64,000 bases of DNA from Gammaproteobacteria bacterium (GTDB taxonomy: Bacteria; Pseudomonadota; Gammaproteobacteria; Pseudomonadales; Cellvibrionaceae). The notes beneath the pieces are model-generated. The model was given only the letters and a program-made list of their open reading frames with translations. It was not told the DNA's origin and ran no database searches. Every line of letters begins with the position of its first letter. Within the stretch, counting starts at the first letter, position 1. The stretch is taken from the NCBI GenBank assembly GCA_021151835.1, contig JAGKWO010000007.1, positions 7,064-71,063 on the forward strand. Reading direction: 5' to 3'. The position numbers and the translations under genes were made by a program. Below, piece by piece: positions 18,017 to 28,020 of this stretch.

Positions 18017-20557
18017 ATGAAGAAGCGCATTGTTGTTGTTGGCAACGGAATGGTGGGCCACAAATTTATCGATAACCTGGTGAATCACGCCGACGCAGAC
18101 CAATATCAGGTTATCACCTTCTCGGAAGAGCCGCGCCTTGCTTATGACCGTGTACAACTTTCCAAATATTTTTCCGGTTCTACTGCCGACGATTTGATGC
18201 TGACCAGCACCGATTATTACAACGAAAAAGGTGTGCAATTTATCCTCAGCGATAAGGTTATTGATCTGGATTTTGATAATAAAGAAATTATTACTGCGTC
18301 GGGTCGCCGAGAAAGTTACGACAAATTAATTTTAGCGACCGGTTCCTTTCCATTTGTCCCGCCGATTCCGGGTAACAACGGCGACCATTGTCTGGTGTAT
18401 CGCACTATTGAAGACCTGGAGCGCATCACGGCTTCCGCGCAACAAAGTAAAATTGGTGTAGTTGTCGGTGGTGGATTGTTAGGTCTGGAGGCCGCCGCTG
18501 CCTTGAAGGCGGCGGGCCTTGAAACGCATGTTGTGGAATTTGCACCGCGTTTAATGGCGGTGCAATTGGATGAAGGTGGTGGAAAATTATTGCGCCGTAA
18601 AATCGAGGCAATCGGTGTGCGGGTACATACCCAAAAAGCCACCAATGACATTGTTGCAGGTACCGAGTCGCGCTATCGCATGAATTTTGCGGATGGCAGC
18701 CATCTGGAAACCGATATGATTTTATTTTCTGCCGGCATTCGCCCGCAAGACGAACTCGCGCGCAAATGCGGTATCGGGTTGGGCGAGCGCGGCGGCATTG
18801 TGGTGGATAATAATTGCCAAACCACGGTAAAAGATGTGTACGCGATTGGTGAGTGCGCGCTGTGGAATAATCGCATTTACGGTTTGGTTGCGCCCGGTTA
18901 CCAAATGGCGAAAGTGGCTTTATCCCATATCACTGGTGGTAGCGACCAATTTATGGGTGCGGATATGAGCACCAAATTGAAATTACTCGGTGTGGATGTG
19001 GCATCCGTCGGCGATGCACACGGCAATACTCCCGGCGCACTTAGTTACACCTACAGCAACGATGTGGAAGAAGTTTATAAGCGCATCATTGTTTCTGCGG
19101 ACAATAAAAAATTATTGGGCGCGGTATTGGTTGGCGATGTAGAGGCTTATGGCACTCTGCAATCCATGTGCGTTAATGGCCTGGATTTACCGGAAGATCC
19201 AAATTGTTTGATCCTGCCCAATGTTGAGGGTGGCGGTGCTGCAATTGGAGTGGATGCATTGCAGGAATCGGCGTGTGTCTGCTCTTGTTACGATGTGAGC
19301 AAAGGGGCAATTTGCTGCGCAGTGCAGGGCGGCGCACGCACCATGGGCGATATCAAAGCTATCACTAAAGCCTCGACGGGTTGCGGCGGATGTTCGGCGC
19401 TGGCTAAACAAGTTATGGATTCCGAGTTAAAAAAACTGGGCGTGGAAGTGAGCAATCATATTTGTGAACACTTCCCGCATTCGCGCCAGGAATTAGCCGA
19501 TATCGTGCGCATCAAACAAATCAAAACGTTTGATGAATTATTGGATACCCATGGCCATGGTTTGGGTTGTGATATTTGCAAACCGGCCGTCGGTTCAATT
19601 CTCGCCGCGTTCTGGAATGAATATGTTCTGGATAAAAAACATATCGGCCTGCAAGACACCAACGATATTTTCCTTGGCAATATGCAAAAAGATGGCACCT
19701 ACTCAATTGTGCCGCGTATCGCCGGTGGTGAAATCACGCCGGAAAAATTAATTGTGCTCGGTGAAGTGGCGAAAGAGTACAAGCTCTACACCAAAATTAC
19801 CGGTGGCCAACGTATCGATTTATTCGGCGCACAATTGCATCAACTGCCGGCAATCTGGAAAAAATTGGTCGATGCCGGTTTTGAAACCGGCCACGCGTAC
19901 GGTAAATCATTGCGCACGGTGAAATCCTGTGTGGGTTCAACCTGGTGTCGTTACGGTGTGCTGGATTCCGTGGGCATGGCTGTGATTCTGGAGAATCGTT
20001 ACAAAGGCGTTCGCTCACCGCATAAGATGAAATTTGCTGTGTCCGGTTGCACGCGTGAATGTGCGGAAGCGCAATCCAAAGATTTTGGGGTAATCGCCAC
20101 GGAAACCGGCTGGAGTTTATACGTCTGCGGTAACGGCGGTATGCGTCCGCGTCACGCCGATTTATTTGCAACCAGCCTGGATGATGTGACGCTGATTAAA
20201 TATATTGATCGCGTGATGATGTTTTACATCCGCACGGCTGATCGTTTGCAACGCACTTCCGTATGGATGGAAAACATGGACGGTGGCCTGGATTATCTGA
20301 AAAAAGTAGTGATCGACGATAAGCTGGGCTTGTGCGACGAACTTGAAGCGCAAATGAATTACAACATCAGCCAATACCAATGCGAATGGAAAACCACAGT
20401 TGAAAATGAAAAGTTACAAAAACGCTTCAAACACTTTATCAACAGCGACGCAAAAGATGAAAACCTGGCGTACGTGGTAGAGCGCGAACAAATTCGCCCG
20501 GCGACGGCGTTGGAGCGTAAGAGTAACACTATCCAGTTTGTGGAATTGGTGGATTAA
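18017..20557 (+). CDS. nirB: NADH-dependent assimilatory nitrite reductase large subunit
   Basis: GNGMVG FAD site, GGGLLGLE, BFD-type Cys clusters, KSCVGSTWC and SGCTRECAE siroheme/Fe-S motifs. Confidence 0.97.
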   Translation: MKKRIVVVGNGMVGHKFIDNLVNHADADQYQVITFSEEPRLAYDRVQLSKYFSGSTADDLMLTSTDYYNEKGVQFILSDKVIDLDFDNKEIITASGRRESYDKLILATGSFPFVPPIPGNNGDHCLVYRTIEDLERITASAQQSKIGVVVGGGLLGLEAAAALKAAGLETHVVEFAPRLMAVQLDEGGGKLLRRKIEAIGVRVHTQKATNDIVAGTESRYRMNFADGSHLETDMILFSAGIRPQDELARKCGIGLGERGGIVVDNNCQTTVKDVYAIGECALWNNRIYGLVAPGYQMAKVALSHITGGSDQFMGADMSTKLKLLGVDVASVGDAHGNTPGALSYTYSNDVEEVYKRIIVSADNKKLLGAVLVGDVEAYGTLQSMCVNGLDLPEDPNCLILPNVEGGGAAIGVDALQESACVCSCYDVSKGAICCAVQGGARTMGDIKAITKASTGCGGCSALAKQVMDSELKKLGVEVSNHICEHFPHSRQELADIVRIKQIKTFDELLDTHGHGLGCDICKPAVGSILAAFWNEYVLDKKHIGLQDTNDIFLGNMQKDGTYSIVPRIAGGEITPEKLIVLGEVAKEYKLYTKITGGQRIDLFGAQLHQLPAIWKKLVDAGFETGHAYGKSLRTVKSCVGSTWCRYGVLDSVGMAVILENRYKGVRSPHKMKFAVSGCTRECAEAQSKDFGVIATETGWSLYVCGNGGMRPRHADLFATSLDDVTLIKYIDRVMMFYIRTADRLQRTSVWMENMDGGLDYLKKVVIDDKLGLCDELEAQMNYNISQYQCEWKTTVENEKLQKRFKHFINSDAKDENLAYVVEREQIRPATALERKSNTIQFVELVD

Positions 20558-20563
20558 TCCTGC

Positions 20564-20598
20564 ACCCCACCCCGGCCCTCCCCCTTAGGTTAGGAGGG
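20564..20598. repeat. REP-like hairpin between nirB and nirD
   Basis: accccaccccggccctcccccttaggttaggaggg resembles CCCTCACCC..CCCTCTCC/GGAGAGGG-type extragenic palindromes; single copy in this window. Confidence 0.35.
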
Positions 20599-20630
20599 TT
20601 TAAAAATTTAAAATTTATTCGGTGAACATC

Positions 20631-20963
20631 ATGAGTGAAAAACCCTGGATCAGCGTGTGCGAGTTGAGTGATTTATTGCCCGATACGGGTGTGTGTGCGT
20701 TAGTGAACAAGCAACAAGTTGCCATTTTCCGCTCGCGTCGTTTGAACGAGGTTTTTGCGGTGTCCAATTACGATCCTATTGGTGAGGCCAATGTCCTGTC
20801 GCGGGGAATTATTGGTTCTATTGGCGATGACGTGGTTGTGGCATCGCCGCTTTATAAAGAGCATTACAACCTGCGCACCGGTGAGTGCCTGGAAAAACCG
20901 GAGTATAAAATTTCCGTATTCCCGGTACGCCTGGATGATGGCCTGGTGCAAGTACAGGCATGA
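20631..20963 (+). CDS. nirD: Nitrite reductase small subunit
   Basis: TGVCAL, NYDP, ANVLSRGI and VASPLYK motifs. Confidence 0.95.
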   Translation: MSEKPWISVCELSDLLPDTGVCALVNKQQVAIFRSRRLNEVFAVSNYDPIGEANVLSRGIIGSIGDDVVVASPLYKEHYNLRTGECLEKPEYKISVFPVRLDDGLVQVQA

Positions 20964-21018
20964 TTTGGTTGTAAGAAAGTTTCCCTTCTTCTTCGGCTGC
21001 TTCATGAGTCGGTTTAAT

Positions 21019-21041
21019 GGGCAACCCGGTTGCCCTTTTTT
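21019..21041 (+). terminator. Rho-independent terminator after nirD
   Basis: GGGCAAC-ccg-GTTGCCC followed by a T-run. Confidence 0.7.
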
Positions 21042-21043
21042 AT

Positions 21044-22312
21044 TTATAGCGATTGCGCCGCCCTGGAGGGTGAAAGGCCTTTGTTGAGATACATGCGCTG
21101 GTCGGCAATTTGTGTGAGTTCGTGCGCTTCCTGCGCATCCTGCGGATAAAATGCGGCGCCAATACTGCAACCGATGAGAATTTCCTGGGTGCCAATATAA
21201 AATTCCCGATTAAGTACCTGCGCAATTTTTTCGCTCACAATATTGGCTTGGGACAGATCATCAATTTGATGCAGCAAGATGACAAATTCATCGCCGCCAA
21301 TACGCGCGACGGTATCGGACGAACGGACACAGGCGAGCAAACGCTGGGCAACCTGTTTTAATAATTCATCGCCGATGGCGTGGCCGTAGTGGTCGTTAAC
21401 CGGTTTGAATTTATCCAGGTCCAGCAACATAACGGCCAATACGCGTTGGTGGCGTTTGCAGTAGCTCAGTGCCTGTTGCAAGCGATCAGCAAATAATGCG
21501 CGATTGGGTAAGCCGGTCAGGCTGTCGTGTTGCGCCATAATGCGATGCAGCTCTTCACTTTTACGCAGCGCCTCCAGCGAGAGTTTGCGTTCTATCGCAA
21601 TTTCGGCGAGGTAGGCCGACTCCTCAATTATTTTGATTTCATCATTGTCCGGCTCACTGCAATGTGTTTTGTAAATCACAAATACACCGAGCAAGCTCAG
21701 GCTACGGTTGAGGATGGGTTCTGCCCAGCAGGAAACCAGCCCGGCCCGCGTTGCCAGTTCGCGCAGCCCGGACCAATTCGGATCGGATTGGATCGCGGTT
21801 GTTGTGACGCGCCTGCCGTTGGCTGCTGCTGCGCCAAATGTACCGAGGGTTGCATCAATTGCCAGCCCGTTAATCGCGTCGTTGTAAAACTCCGGCAAGC
21901 TGGGTGCCGCAGCCACAATAAAATGTTGCTGGTCCGCATCGATACGCAAAATGCTGCATTTCAACTCGGGTTTGATGTGTTCCACCCCTTGTACCAGGCT
22001 GGTCAGGATTTCATCGAGCGGATCGTCGGCCGCAATCTGCGCGAGCACCAGATTATGGTTGCGCTGCTGCACATCGGCACTGCGCATCAGGCGTACCATG
22101 TTATGCAATTTGCTATTGATGCGGTACGTGTGCAGACCTGCGGCTGCAATAAGCAGGATGCCACTGAAAACAGCCATACCAATATAAAGCCAGTTGGTCG
22201 GGGCTGTGGGAGCACTCACGGCGGAATGGACGCTGTGTGCAATTAATCCGCCGCAAACGATCATTAAAGAACCAACTGCAATCCTGCGCACATTATTCAC
22301 CTGTATCCTCAT
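21044..22312 (-). CDS. Membrane-anchored GAF-GGDEF diguanylate cyclase
   Basis: Two N-terminal hydrophobic segments, a GAF domain, HDSLTGLPNR, and an RSSD I-site with GGDEF. Confidence 0.92.
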   Translation of the reverse strand: MRIQVNNVRRIAVGSLMIVCGGLIAHSVHSAVSAPTAPTNWLYIGMAVFSGILLIAAAGLHTYRINSKLHNMVRLMRSADVQQRNHNLVLAQIAADDPLDEILTSLVQGVEHIKPELKCSILRIDADQQHFIVAAAPSLPEFYNDAINGLAIDATLGTFGAAAANGRRVTTTAIQSDPNWSGLRELATRAGLVSCWAEPILNRSLSLLGVFVIYKTHCSEPDNDEIKIIEESAYLAEIAIERKLSLEALRKSEELHRIMAQHDSLTGLPNRALFADRLQQALSYCKRHQRVLAVMLLDLDKFKPVNDHYGHAIGDELLKQVAQRLLACVRSSDTVARIGGDEFVILLHQIDDLSQANIVSEKIAQVLNREFYIGTQEILIGCSIGAAFYPQDAQEAHELTQIADQRMYLNKGLSPSRAAQSL

Positions 22313-22851
22313 TCCATAACCCGATGATGGTTTGCATAAAAAAGTCCAATGTCATCGCAATACAACTCCTGAAAGATTACGTCTGAGTGTAGTGGCGGGT
22401 ATTGCCAGGGTGTGTTTTTTTTGCGAATAGTTTACGGATAATTTTTGACCCGATTCACAGCAGCTCGCAATAAGTGTGCCTGTGTCTGATTTTGCTAAGT
22501 ATCTGCCGATAAAACCTGTATCTGCTTGGCATTACGAGGTTGACGTAATTGATTAATTACAAAAAATTGTAAAAAAAATCGATTTGATCAAGTTTTATTT
22601 CTCCGGCGACCTTTATCACAGTTCTAAGAAACAATTTTTTATGCAAAAAAACTTGTGAAGCCGGTTCATTTTTTTATCACTGTGCTTACGGACAATAGCG
22701 CCCACAATAACGACCAATAAATTATTTTCCTTTCGGCAATTGTTAAACCTCACTGGAATTCTGTCCGGGCAAACCTGGCAGCCATTTCTGTTGTTGCGGA
22801 AGATGGCCAGCGTGTGTTTTTTGATTGCCCATCACCCAAGAGATAATAACG

Positions 22852-23220
22852 ATGAATAAGGCTTTTGCGGTGGTGATACTGGCATCCGCCAGTTTGTGTG
22901 CGCTGTTTTGTGTATCCTGGTGGGGCGATGTTTTTTCCGAGAGGGACGCATCGCCCATAGGATTTAAAAATTCCGGATCCAAAAATACAGTATCTAAAAA
23001 TACAGAAACCCCAAACACTGAAATCCCAAACACAGGAACCACAGTTACGGGATCGAAAACCAAAGGGTTTTCAGTCACAGAATCATCGTCTGCCATATCT
23101 TCTGCTGCGGTGTCATCTGCCACCGATATTTCTGCCGGGCAAAACATTCAGCAACAGTCCGCGATTTCATCGTTAAAAAATGTCGCGTCTGCTTCCGTTG
23201 TGACCGGTCTTTCCAGGTAG
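22852..23220 (+). CDS. Hypothetical Ser/Thr-rich membrane-anchored protein with pentapeptide repeats
   Basis: Hydrophobic N-terminus (MNKAFAVVILASASLCALFCVSWW), then KNSGS/KNTVS/KNTET/PNTEI/PNTGT; low complexity. Confidence 0.5.
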   Translation: MNKAFAVVILASASLCALFCVSWWGDVFSERDASPIGFKNSGSKNTVSKNTETPNTEIPNTGTTVTGSKTKGFSVTESSSAISSAAVSSATDISAGQNIQQQSAISSLKNVASASVVTGLSR

Positions 23221-23276
23221 CGCTTGTAATCCTGTTGCACAAATCCTTTTCGTTTTTCGTTCATATTGTGAACGGT

Positions 23277-24194
23277 TCAAGCATTCAATAACTCGGATGT
23301 GGCATTGCGTATACGCGCAAGGTCGCGCACCGGTGGCAAGCCGAACAAGCGGTGGTATTCGCGATTAAATTGCGACGGGCTTTCGTAACCTACGCGATGG
23401 CTTGCCGTCGCGGCGTCCAGGTTTTCACTGAATAACAAGCGCCGTGCCTCTTGCAGCCGCAATTGTTTCTGGAATTGCAGCGGTGTCATATTGGTAATGC
23501 TTTTGAAATGCGCGTGCAATGCCGAATTGCTCATGCAAGCTAATTGCGCGAGCTCTTCGATCCGCCAGTTTTTGTGGTAATCGCGTTTCAAGGCGTCAAT
23601 TACGCGTGCAATTTGCCGGGCATGGCTATCGGTCTGCACCGTTTGTTGCAAGGTGATGGCTTGTTCATCCTGCAACAGCCGATAAAGGATTTCCCGCTCT
23701 ACCAGCGGCGCCAGGATCGCCAGGTCCTCTGGAGTATCCAGCAAGCGCAGCAGGCGCAATACGGCATCGAGCAATTGGTAATTTGCCTTGCTCACAAACA
23801 GCCCGCGCTGGAGTATTTTTTCCGGGCGCAACAATTGGCGATTTTCCACAAGCATCTCACTGATTTTTTGCGGCTTTAATCCCAGCCGGATGCATAGGTA
23901 GGGTTGCTCCGGGCTGGCCTCAATGACCTGGCCGCGCACCGGTAAATCCACCGATGCAACCAGGTAATTCAAGGGGTTGTAGCAATAGGTTTCATCGCCC
24001 AGTGTTGCCTGCTTTTGCCCTTGCGCGATGATGCATACCGACGGCTCATAAATACTGTGGGTTATTTCTGTGGGCTGGTCGCTGCGAAATAGTTGCAGGC
24101 ATTCCAGTGCGGTCGGCGTCATGCCTTCATTTAGCGCCAGGCATCGAGCGCGCCTGGCCAGTTCAGCTAACAGGTTATTCATTTCACTACTCAT
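23277..24194 (-). CDS. AraC-family regulator (AraC_N/YqhC type)
   Basis: YEPSVCIIAQGQK, REILYRLL, TPLQFQKQLRLQEAR and VGYESPSQFNREY motifs. Confidence 0.92.
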   Translation of the reverse strand: MSSEMNNLLAELARRARCLALNEGMTPTALECLQLFRSDQPTEITHSIYEPSVCIIAQGQKQATLGDETYCYNPLNYLVASVDLPVRGQVIEASPEQPYLCIRLGLKPQKISEMLVENRQLLRPEKILQRGLFVSKANYQLLDAVLRLLRLLDTPEDLAILAPLVEREILYRLLQDEQAITLQQTVQTDSHARQIARVIDALKRDYHKNWRIEELAQLACMSNSALHAHFKSITNMTPLQFQKQLRLQEARRLLFSENLDAATASHRVGYESPSQFNREYHRLFGLPPVRDLARIRNATSELLNA

Positions 24195-24415
24195 CGGGCA
24201 TCTCTCTTCATCGGGCATCTTTCTTTAGGGCTCGCCATTGCCGTCACGGGATGGGAATGAGTGTAACTGCTTGCACCGGGTGGTTAAACCGATTGGCCTT
24301 GGGTCTGGAGTTTTAGGCAATGACTGGCGAGGAATCGGCTACCAGCAAAAACACCCGGCTCCCTATAGTGATTCCAGCGGGACGGAATTCACCGACCCTT
24401 CTTAAGGAGCTATCC

Positions 24416-25168
24416 ATGTCGAATCTTCAAACGAGCAATGAGAAAAAAGTTGTTGTTATCACCGGCGCCAGCAGTGGTATTGGTGAAACTGCTGCGCTGG
24501 CACTGGCGCAGGCAGGCCACACAGTAGTATTAGGCGCACGGCGCCAGGAACGCCTGGAAGCACTGGCGGAAAAAATCCGTGCAGCGGGCGGCACCGTTGC
24601 GTTCCTGGCAACCGATGTTATCCGCAAGGAACAAGTAGATGCGTTGGTCAGTTTGGCGCGCGAGCAATTTGGCCGTGTTGATGTGATCGTTAATAACGCG
24701 GGTGTTATGCCGCTCTCGGCGCTGGAGGAGTTAAAGCTGGACGAATGGGAGCGCATGGTGGATGTAAATATTAAAGGTGTGCTGTACGGAATTGCCGCGG
24801 GTCTGCCAGTGATGAAAGAGCAAGGGCAGGGCCACTTTATCAACATATCCTCGATTGGCGGGCATGCGGTTTATCCAACGGCCGCCGTCTATTGCGCAAC
24901 CAAATACGCGGTGCGCGCCATTTCCGAAGGCCTGCGCCAGGAACAATTGGGTGGGGATATTCGTGTCACCATTATTTCCCCCGGTGTGGTGGAATCGGAA
25001 TTGGCCGATTCGATTTCCGATCCGGCCGCACGCGCCGCGATGAATGAATTTCGCCAGATCGCGCTCAAGCCCGATGCAATCGCCCGCGCAATTGTGTATG
25101 CGATCGAGCAACCGGCGGATGTTGATGTGAGTGAAATTATTATTCGCCCCACACAAAGCCCGTATTAA
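24416..25168 (+). CDS. SDR-family oxidoreductase
   Basis: TGASSGIG, NNAG and YCATK motifs; AAGGAG RBS before ATG 24416. Confidence 0.93.
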   Translation: MSNLQTSNEKKVVVITGASSGIGETAALALAQAGHTVVLGARRQERLEALAEKIRAAGGTVAFLATDVIRKEQVDALVSLAREQFGRVDVIVNNAGVMPLSALEELKLDEWERMVDVNIKGVLYGIAAGLPVMKEQGQGHFINISSIGGHAVYPTAAVYCATKYAVRAISEGLRQEQLGGDIRVTIISPGVVESELADSISDPAARAAMNEFRQIALKPDAIARAIVYAIEQPADVDVSEIIIRPTQSPY

Positions 25169-25356
25169 TTATTTCCAGCCAATGAAAGTCCGGCCAGTAG
25201 CCCGCACGGGCAGTTACAAACTGTGACATTTTGCTGCGAGGCTACTGACATAATTTGCCGGTGCTTGACCTTACCTTAGCGGAAGGTTTCACACTGCGGC
25301 CGGTACTACCAAACCGGCTGTGCATTACTAGCATCCCCACAAGGGAAGGAGTCAAT

Positions 25357-25833
25357 ATGTATCACCATCAACAACTGGCCGCACGGGTCAAACAACTCCT
25401 GAATAGCGCACTTTCAGGTTCCCATGGCCAGTTCGATAAACTGCTGGCACCACAAATTCGCTGTTGGGGTTTCCCGGAATTTGATCCTGCCAACCGGGCG
25501 GAATACCAGGGATTTTTCAATTATCTGGTAGATGTATTTGAGCAGCGCCAATGGTCAATTGAGCAATTGCTGGCCAGTGACTCGCAAGTGCTGGTGCGTT
25601 TTCGTATGAGTGGTTACCACCATGAAGAGTTTATGGGCTTACCCGCAACCGGTGCTTACCTGGAATTCAGTTCGCATATCCTATTCCGGGTGCGCGACGG
25701 TTTGATTGATGAATCCTGGATGTATAAAAAATCCCTGCGTATGACAACCAAAAAAGGCAGCGTGTTTGAATTAATCCCCGATGCTATTTCATTAGCTGAC
25801 CAACTTCCGCGGGCACTATCGCGCTGCAGTTGA
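25357..25833 (+). CDS. SnoaL-like / ester cyclase family protein
   Basis: GYHHEEFMGLPATG and DGLIDESW motifs; AAGGAG RBS. Confidence 0.8.
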   Translation: MYHHQQLAARVKQLLNSALSGSHGQFDKLLAPQIRCWGFPEFDPANRAEYQGFFNYLVDVFEQRQWSIEQLLASDSQVLVRFRMSGYHHEEFMGLPATGAYLEFSSHILFRVRDGLIDESWMYKKSLRMTTKKGSVFELIPDAISLADQLPRALSRCS

Positions 25834-25982
25834 ATCACATCTTGTGATCATCGGCATGACTCATTGCGGCGGCGGAGCTGGTTCTTTAGCAGGGGGATCG
25901 AGTAAAATCGCTGCCCTGATCAGGATTTCCCCGACACTGTACACACAGTGAACTGCCTTAGGGCCGCTATGAGATTTTCCCA

Positions 25983-27356
25983 ATGAGACAACTCCTGCTT
26001 TTTTGTGCGCTGGCCATGGCCAGTTTTGGCGCCCGCGCTGATATGTTCGCCATCTTCCGTGAACCCGATGGCAGTACCAAGTGGCAATATGTGGCCAACA
26101 CCTCGGCAGGGGTTTTGATTATCACACTGGTGATAGTGCTTGTTTTTTTATTCCGTGCCCATCGTCGCGCCATGCGCTGGAATCGCGCGCTCACCGATAT
26201 CAAAGCCAACCTTGAACAACGCGTCGCCCAACGCACGGCGGTATTGCAACAAACCACTGAGCAGTTGCAGGAGCGCGAGGCTTACATCGGTAGCATTGTG
26301 AATTCCATGCCGGTGATGTTGATTGGTTTGAACCAGGAGTTGCAGATCACCCAGTGGAATAAAAAAGCGGAAGAGATTACCGGGCGCCCGTTGCAGGATG
26401 TGATCGGAAAAAATTTATGGGAAGCCTACCCGGCGATAACACTTACTGTTGAGCAGGTGAAAGCCGCATTGGCCAGTGGCGAGACGACAAACCTCAAACA
26501 CACCCAGCGCGGGCAATACACTTTTGATATCACTCTTTATCCACTCGACAACCAGAATACTGACATTGTGATTTTGATTTCCGATGTGACCAAGCTGGTG
26601 AGTGCAGAAAATAAATTGGCCGAGCGCGACAAAGTGTCGGCGATGGGTGAGCTGGCATCGGCGATGGCCTATGACATCAGCTTGCCGATCAATACCATTT
26701 TTGCGCGTGTCTCCAGTGCCCGCCAGGAAATTGAAGCGGCTGAATTGGGTGAAGTAAAACAATTTTTATTACAGGAAGTGGAAACGGTGCGCTTGAGCGC
26801 GCAACAGGCAACCGCTATTGCGCACAACTTGCTCGACCTTGCCGGCAGCCATCGCGATAGCAAACAACTTGCGGATGTGCCGCCCATTATGGATCGCGCC
26901 ATCGAACTGGCGAGCGATTTATTCACCGACGTCAATGGATTAACGTTCAAATACATTAATATTCGGCGCAACTATGCTGATGAGCTGCCACAAATTCCCT
27001 GCTTCCCCGCCGAACTGGAGCAAGTATTTGTGCGCTTGATGCGCAATGCGTTTTACGCCCTCAATGCAAAAACCTGGGACGAACACAACAAGCCCTGGAT
27101 TAATATTGAAATCGGAAAATTCTACGATTCACTGTGGGTCAAGCTTGAGCATAATGGCAAGAGTTTAACCGAAGAAGAGCAACTGGATATTTTCCAACCC
27201 TTCTTCTCGCTCACTGATCGCAATTCCAGTTTCCCGGTGGAACAGCGGTTATCCTATTCGTATTTTATTATCACCGACCATCATCGTGGTCAGATGGCGG
27301 TAACTTCCGACGATGAGCATGGAACCTGTTTCAATATCCAATTGGCATTGAGTTAA
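25983..27356 (+). CDS. PAS-domain NtrB-like sensor kinase with degenerate H box
   Basis: Signal/TM segment, coiled coil, PAS, MGELASAMAYDISLPI (Tyr in place of His), ELEQVFVRLMRNA N box, degenerate G boxes. Confidence 0.8.
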   Translation: MRQLLLFCALAMASFGARADMFAIFREPDGSTKWQYVANTSAGVLIITLVIVLVFLFRAHRRAMRWNRALTDIKANLEQRVAQRTAVLQQTTEQLQEREAYIGSIVNSMPVMLIGLNQELQITQWNKKAEEITGRPLQDVIGKNLWEAYPAITLTVEQVKAALASGETTNLKHTQRGQYTFDITLYPLDNQNTDIVILISDVTKLVSAENKLAERDKVSAMGELASAMAYDISLPINTIFARVSSARQEIEAAELGEVKQFLLQEVETVRLSAQQATAIAHNLLDLAGSHRDSKQLADVPPIMDRAIELASDLFTDVNGLTFKYINIRRNYADELPQIPCFPAELEQVFVRLMRNAFYALNAKTWDEHNKPWINIEIGKFYDSLWVKLEHNGKSLTEEEQLDIFQPFFSLTDRNSSFPVEQRLSYSYFIITDHHRGQMAVTSDDEHGTCFNIQLALS

Positions 27357-27371
27357 TCGAATCGTTGTTTT

Positions 27372-27404
27372 AAAAAAGCTGCCGGTTGTTCCGGCAGCTT
27401 TTTT
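27372..27404. terminator. Bidirectional rho-independent terminator
   Basis: aaaaaaGCTGCCGG-ttgtt-CCGGCAGCtttttt between convergent genes. Confidence 0.85.
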
Positions 27405-27435
27405 ATGGTCGCTATCTTGTTTTTTAATTAGCTAA

Positions 27436-27849
27436 TTATTTTACCTTGCGCCAATGTTCTTCAATCAAAACGCCGTCTTCCATACCTTTATGGATCCAGA
27501 CGCCGTCCTTAAACGTGCAATTAAAATCGTAGGTTTTTCCCATCAGGCGCGCTTCCGAGGTCGCATCTACCGTTTCCTTATAGCTTTCACCCGTCAGTGT
27601 ATAAGTGCCGGAACCGGCGACGACAAATTTTCCGGTTTTATCCCAGGTGATAAAGGTAAAATGATTGTCGGATAACACTTTGCGTGAGAGTGTGGTTTTA
27701 TCTTTGATCTCGCCAACCACTTCACCTTTCTGGTTCTTGTAAATGGCGTATTCCAATTCCCAGGCCCCGGTTAATTCACCGGCGCTAGCCCATTGGCCAA
27801 ACGCTAACAATAACACCACTAACCCTGCGTAGATTTTTTTCATTGCCAT
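27436..27849 (-). CDS. Exported hypothetical protein (lipocalin-like beta fold)
   Basis: Signal peptide, LTGAWEL motif, GSGTYTL, and C-terminal EEHWRKVK. Confidence 0.7.
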   Translation of the reverse strand: MAMKKIYAGLVVLLLAFGQWASAGELTGAWELEYAIYKNQKGEVVGEIKDKTTLSRKVLSDNHFTFITWDKTGKFVVAGSGTYTLTGESYKETVDATSEARLMGKTYDFNCTFKDGVWIHKGMEDGVLIEEHWRKVK

Positions 27850-28020
27850 TCTCTCTTTATATTCTGTTGTGTTTGACGCGGTTGATTGCGGTTATTAATA
27901 ACCGTTGCCAGATTATGCCTGAGCCGGTGAATCTGGCCAGCAAACTAAACAAAAATTAATAGTTGATAACCATGATTAATCCGGTGATGTGATAAAACGA
28001 TCCACTGATCGCAATACCAA

